Shown piece by piece: positions 47,758 through 49,560 of a DNA stretch of 49,560 bases. The stretch is from assembly GCA_002269645.1 (NCBI GenBank), contig NIVC01004339.1:1-49560 (forward strand), given 5' to 3'. Position numbers and translations under genes: made by a program. The notes under the pieces were generated by a model. The model worked only from the letters and a program-made list of their open reading frames with translations, did not search any database and was not told the DNA's origin. Numbering within the stretch: position 1 is the first letter of the stretch; every line of letters begins with the position of its first letter. The DNA is from Macrostomum lignano (taxonomy: Eukaryota).

Positions 47758-48873
47758 GGCACTATTATATTATATTAGGCACTCATTTTGGCGCTTCAGG
47801 CAGTCACTTTAGCGCCCTGAAGCAGAATTATTGATTTCCATAACGGGTCGCAAGGTGGGGTGGGAGAAAAAACATTGGCATGTCCCCCCAATAGCTTTTA
47901 CTAGGGGGGACATGTCCCGCTGTGCCCCCTCCCCCCGATGGCGACGCCCTGCAGTTGTACAAGCCTTGGGCCATAGAATATGACGGGTTTCATTAGACAA
48001 ACATGGAAATGTGAGACAAGAGTTTAATTGAGCAGAGCTTCATCCCACGCTGCTTCAATGGAGAAGAGATTCTTCGAACATTGATCAGGGTTCGAGTTCC
48101 ATTTGTTCAGCATTGCTTCGAGACACATACGATTGTTTTGAACTTGTACTGTACGTTACGATTTTGTCTTTTACTGTTTCAATTCACTTCACAGATATTC
48201 CCCTTCTGGGCCATAGACAATGAAAATCGTCTTCAATACTTCGAAGTAGATTGATTCTCACTAAGGACTAAACTGCTTGCTCCTAGGCTCAAAGTACATA
48301 TCTGCTCAGATATATACTATATAAAAAACAAATTTAAGAATAGCTGCACAGTCCTCAGATCATGCGCAGTGCTGTGTTTACTCTCTCAAGCACAAATGCA
48401 GAGTTAGGTTGAGAGAATTCCACACAAAGTGCATATTGAGCGACCAAATTGCATTGAAGAGCAGCTGGACGGAGTTACCGCCTACCTGGACAACCCGCAG
48501 CAAATGTGGTAGAAGCTGCTTGTTGCTGTCTTTCAAAACACTTTCCTCGCACTAAGTGGGGTCCCCACTTTCCCACTCTGCAATGCCAGCCTTGGGCAGT
48601 GTTGGGGGGGGGGGGTCAACAGTGTGTGTTAGCAAAAGCCCGCCCCCAATGCTCTGTATGATGGCGAGAGAAACCCGAGACGAGAGCTGGGCAGTCGCTG
48701 AGAGAAATGAGGTATGCGTGCTAATTGGTCGGCCTCGAACTTCCGGTCAGTTGAGGTTAAAAAGTACATTGTTGTTTTGATAACAAGTTCGAGTCAGTAA
48801 AGTGCGATTTTATGAGCCTCATAGGAGGGTGGGTCATAGGAAAAGCGTATTTCTTTTGAGATAAGAGGACACT

Positions 48874-48998
48874 AGATAAGTGGGGTCATAGGAGAGGACA
48901 TTAGATTAGTTGGGGTCATAGGAGAGGACAGCAGATAAGTGGGGGTCACAGGAGAGGACAGTAGATAAGTGGGGGTCACAGGAGAGGACAGTAGATAA
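48874..48998. repeat. 30-bp minisatellite (AGATAAGTGGGGGTCACAGGAGAGGACAGT), ~4 copies
   Basis: AGATAAG/AGATTAG at 48874, 48903, 48933, 48963 and 48993. Confidence 0.9.
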
Positions 48999-49349
48999 AG
49001 GCGGTCAGTGGGACAGTGAAGAAAGTGGCTCATAAGAGAAAGCAGTGAACTGAGGATAATTAAAGGAAGAGAAGCACCCAAGCAGATCTGTTGTTGCAGA
49101 AAAGGCAGAAAGGTGCAAACGCGTAGTGGGATGGATTAATCGAATTGATGAAGAGTCAAGAGGATGCGAGAGGAAATCGAGAGCTTACTGGGAGAACAGG
49201 GTGAGCACTTCTCCGCGCTCCACCCTCTTCCGCCGGCCTGACAAAACATCCTTTTATTTATTGATGTTGACGCAGCCGTCCACACCTTGCCACCCACCGA
49301 CACGTCTCACCCCCCCCAAAATACAACAGCCCACCAGCTCTGTTCAGTC

Positions 49350-49560
49350 ATGCAGTCTCTGGGCCGGCCCTACTGCAGCCTCCTCCTCCTTCATCAAGAT
49401 ATGATGAAGCTGAGCCACCCCGCCGCGCCATGCATTATTCACTGCGCTATGCGTGGCGACGGCCCGACCAACACGCGGGCCCTGGCAACCAACCGTGCGG
49501 AGAGGCCGCTGCTGATCCCCTGCCGCGGCTGCATGGCCAGTTTTAAGGCTTCCAAGCGGG
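49350..49560 (+). CDS. Possible coding segment running off the window end (MQSLGRPYCSLLLLHQDMMKLSHP...)
   Basis: Frame open from the ATG at 49350 to the window end with high GC3 and a preceding CTGTTCAG acceptor-like site. No homology recognised. Confidence 0.3.
   Translation, partial: MQSLGRPYCSLLLLHQDMMKLSHPAAPCIIHCAMRGDGPTNTRALATNRAERPLLIPCRGCMASFKASKR

Overview
Eukaryotic (metazoan) genomic DNA with GC-rich exons, GT-AG introns and about 13.5 kb (roughly 27%, my estimate) of minisatellite/microsatellite arrays. The style suggests a flatworm such as Macrostomum; this is inference only. Genes recovered by hand: (1) a 5'-truncated ankyrin-repeat (inversin-like) gene at 1-4004 (+) broken by four single-base deletions; (2) a two-exon rhodopsin-like orphan GPCR at 7035-8849 (+); (3) a six-exon HPDL at 9936-12698 (-); (4) a 116-aa mitochondrial-type ORF at 13377-13727 (-); (5) a five-exon FAM193-family gene at 15470-20927 (-); (6) an intronless 532-aa orphan at 42627-44225 (+) with a myristoylation-type N-terminus and a degenerate KH-like C-terminus. 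21-49 kb is mostly non-coding: an AT-rich block, large purine-rich minisatellites and relic DNA-transposon ends. The most notable signals are tandem repeats that carry functional motifs: a 30-bp array of RFX X-boxes directly upstream of the GPCR, a ~70-bp array of E-box/CCAAT modules upstream of the small mitochondrial ORF, and an intronic minisatellite holding 22 copies of the FAM193 terminal 3' splice junction. The small ORF and HPDL may form an operon-like pair. No rRNA, tRNA or CRISPR was recognised. Repeat boundaries and copy numbers are approximate manual counts.
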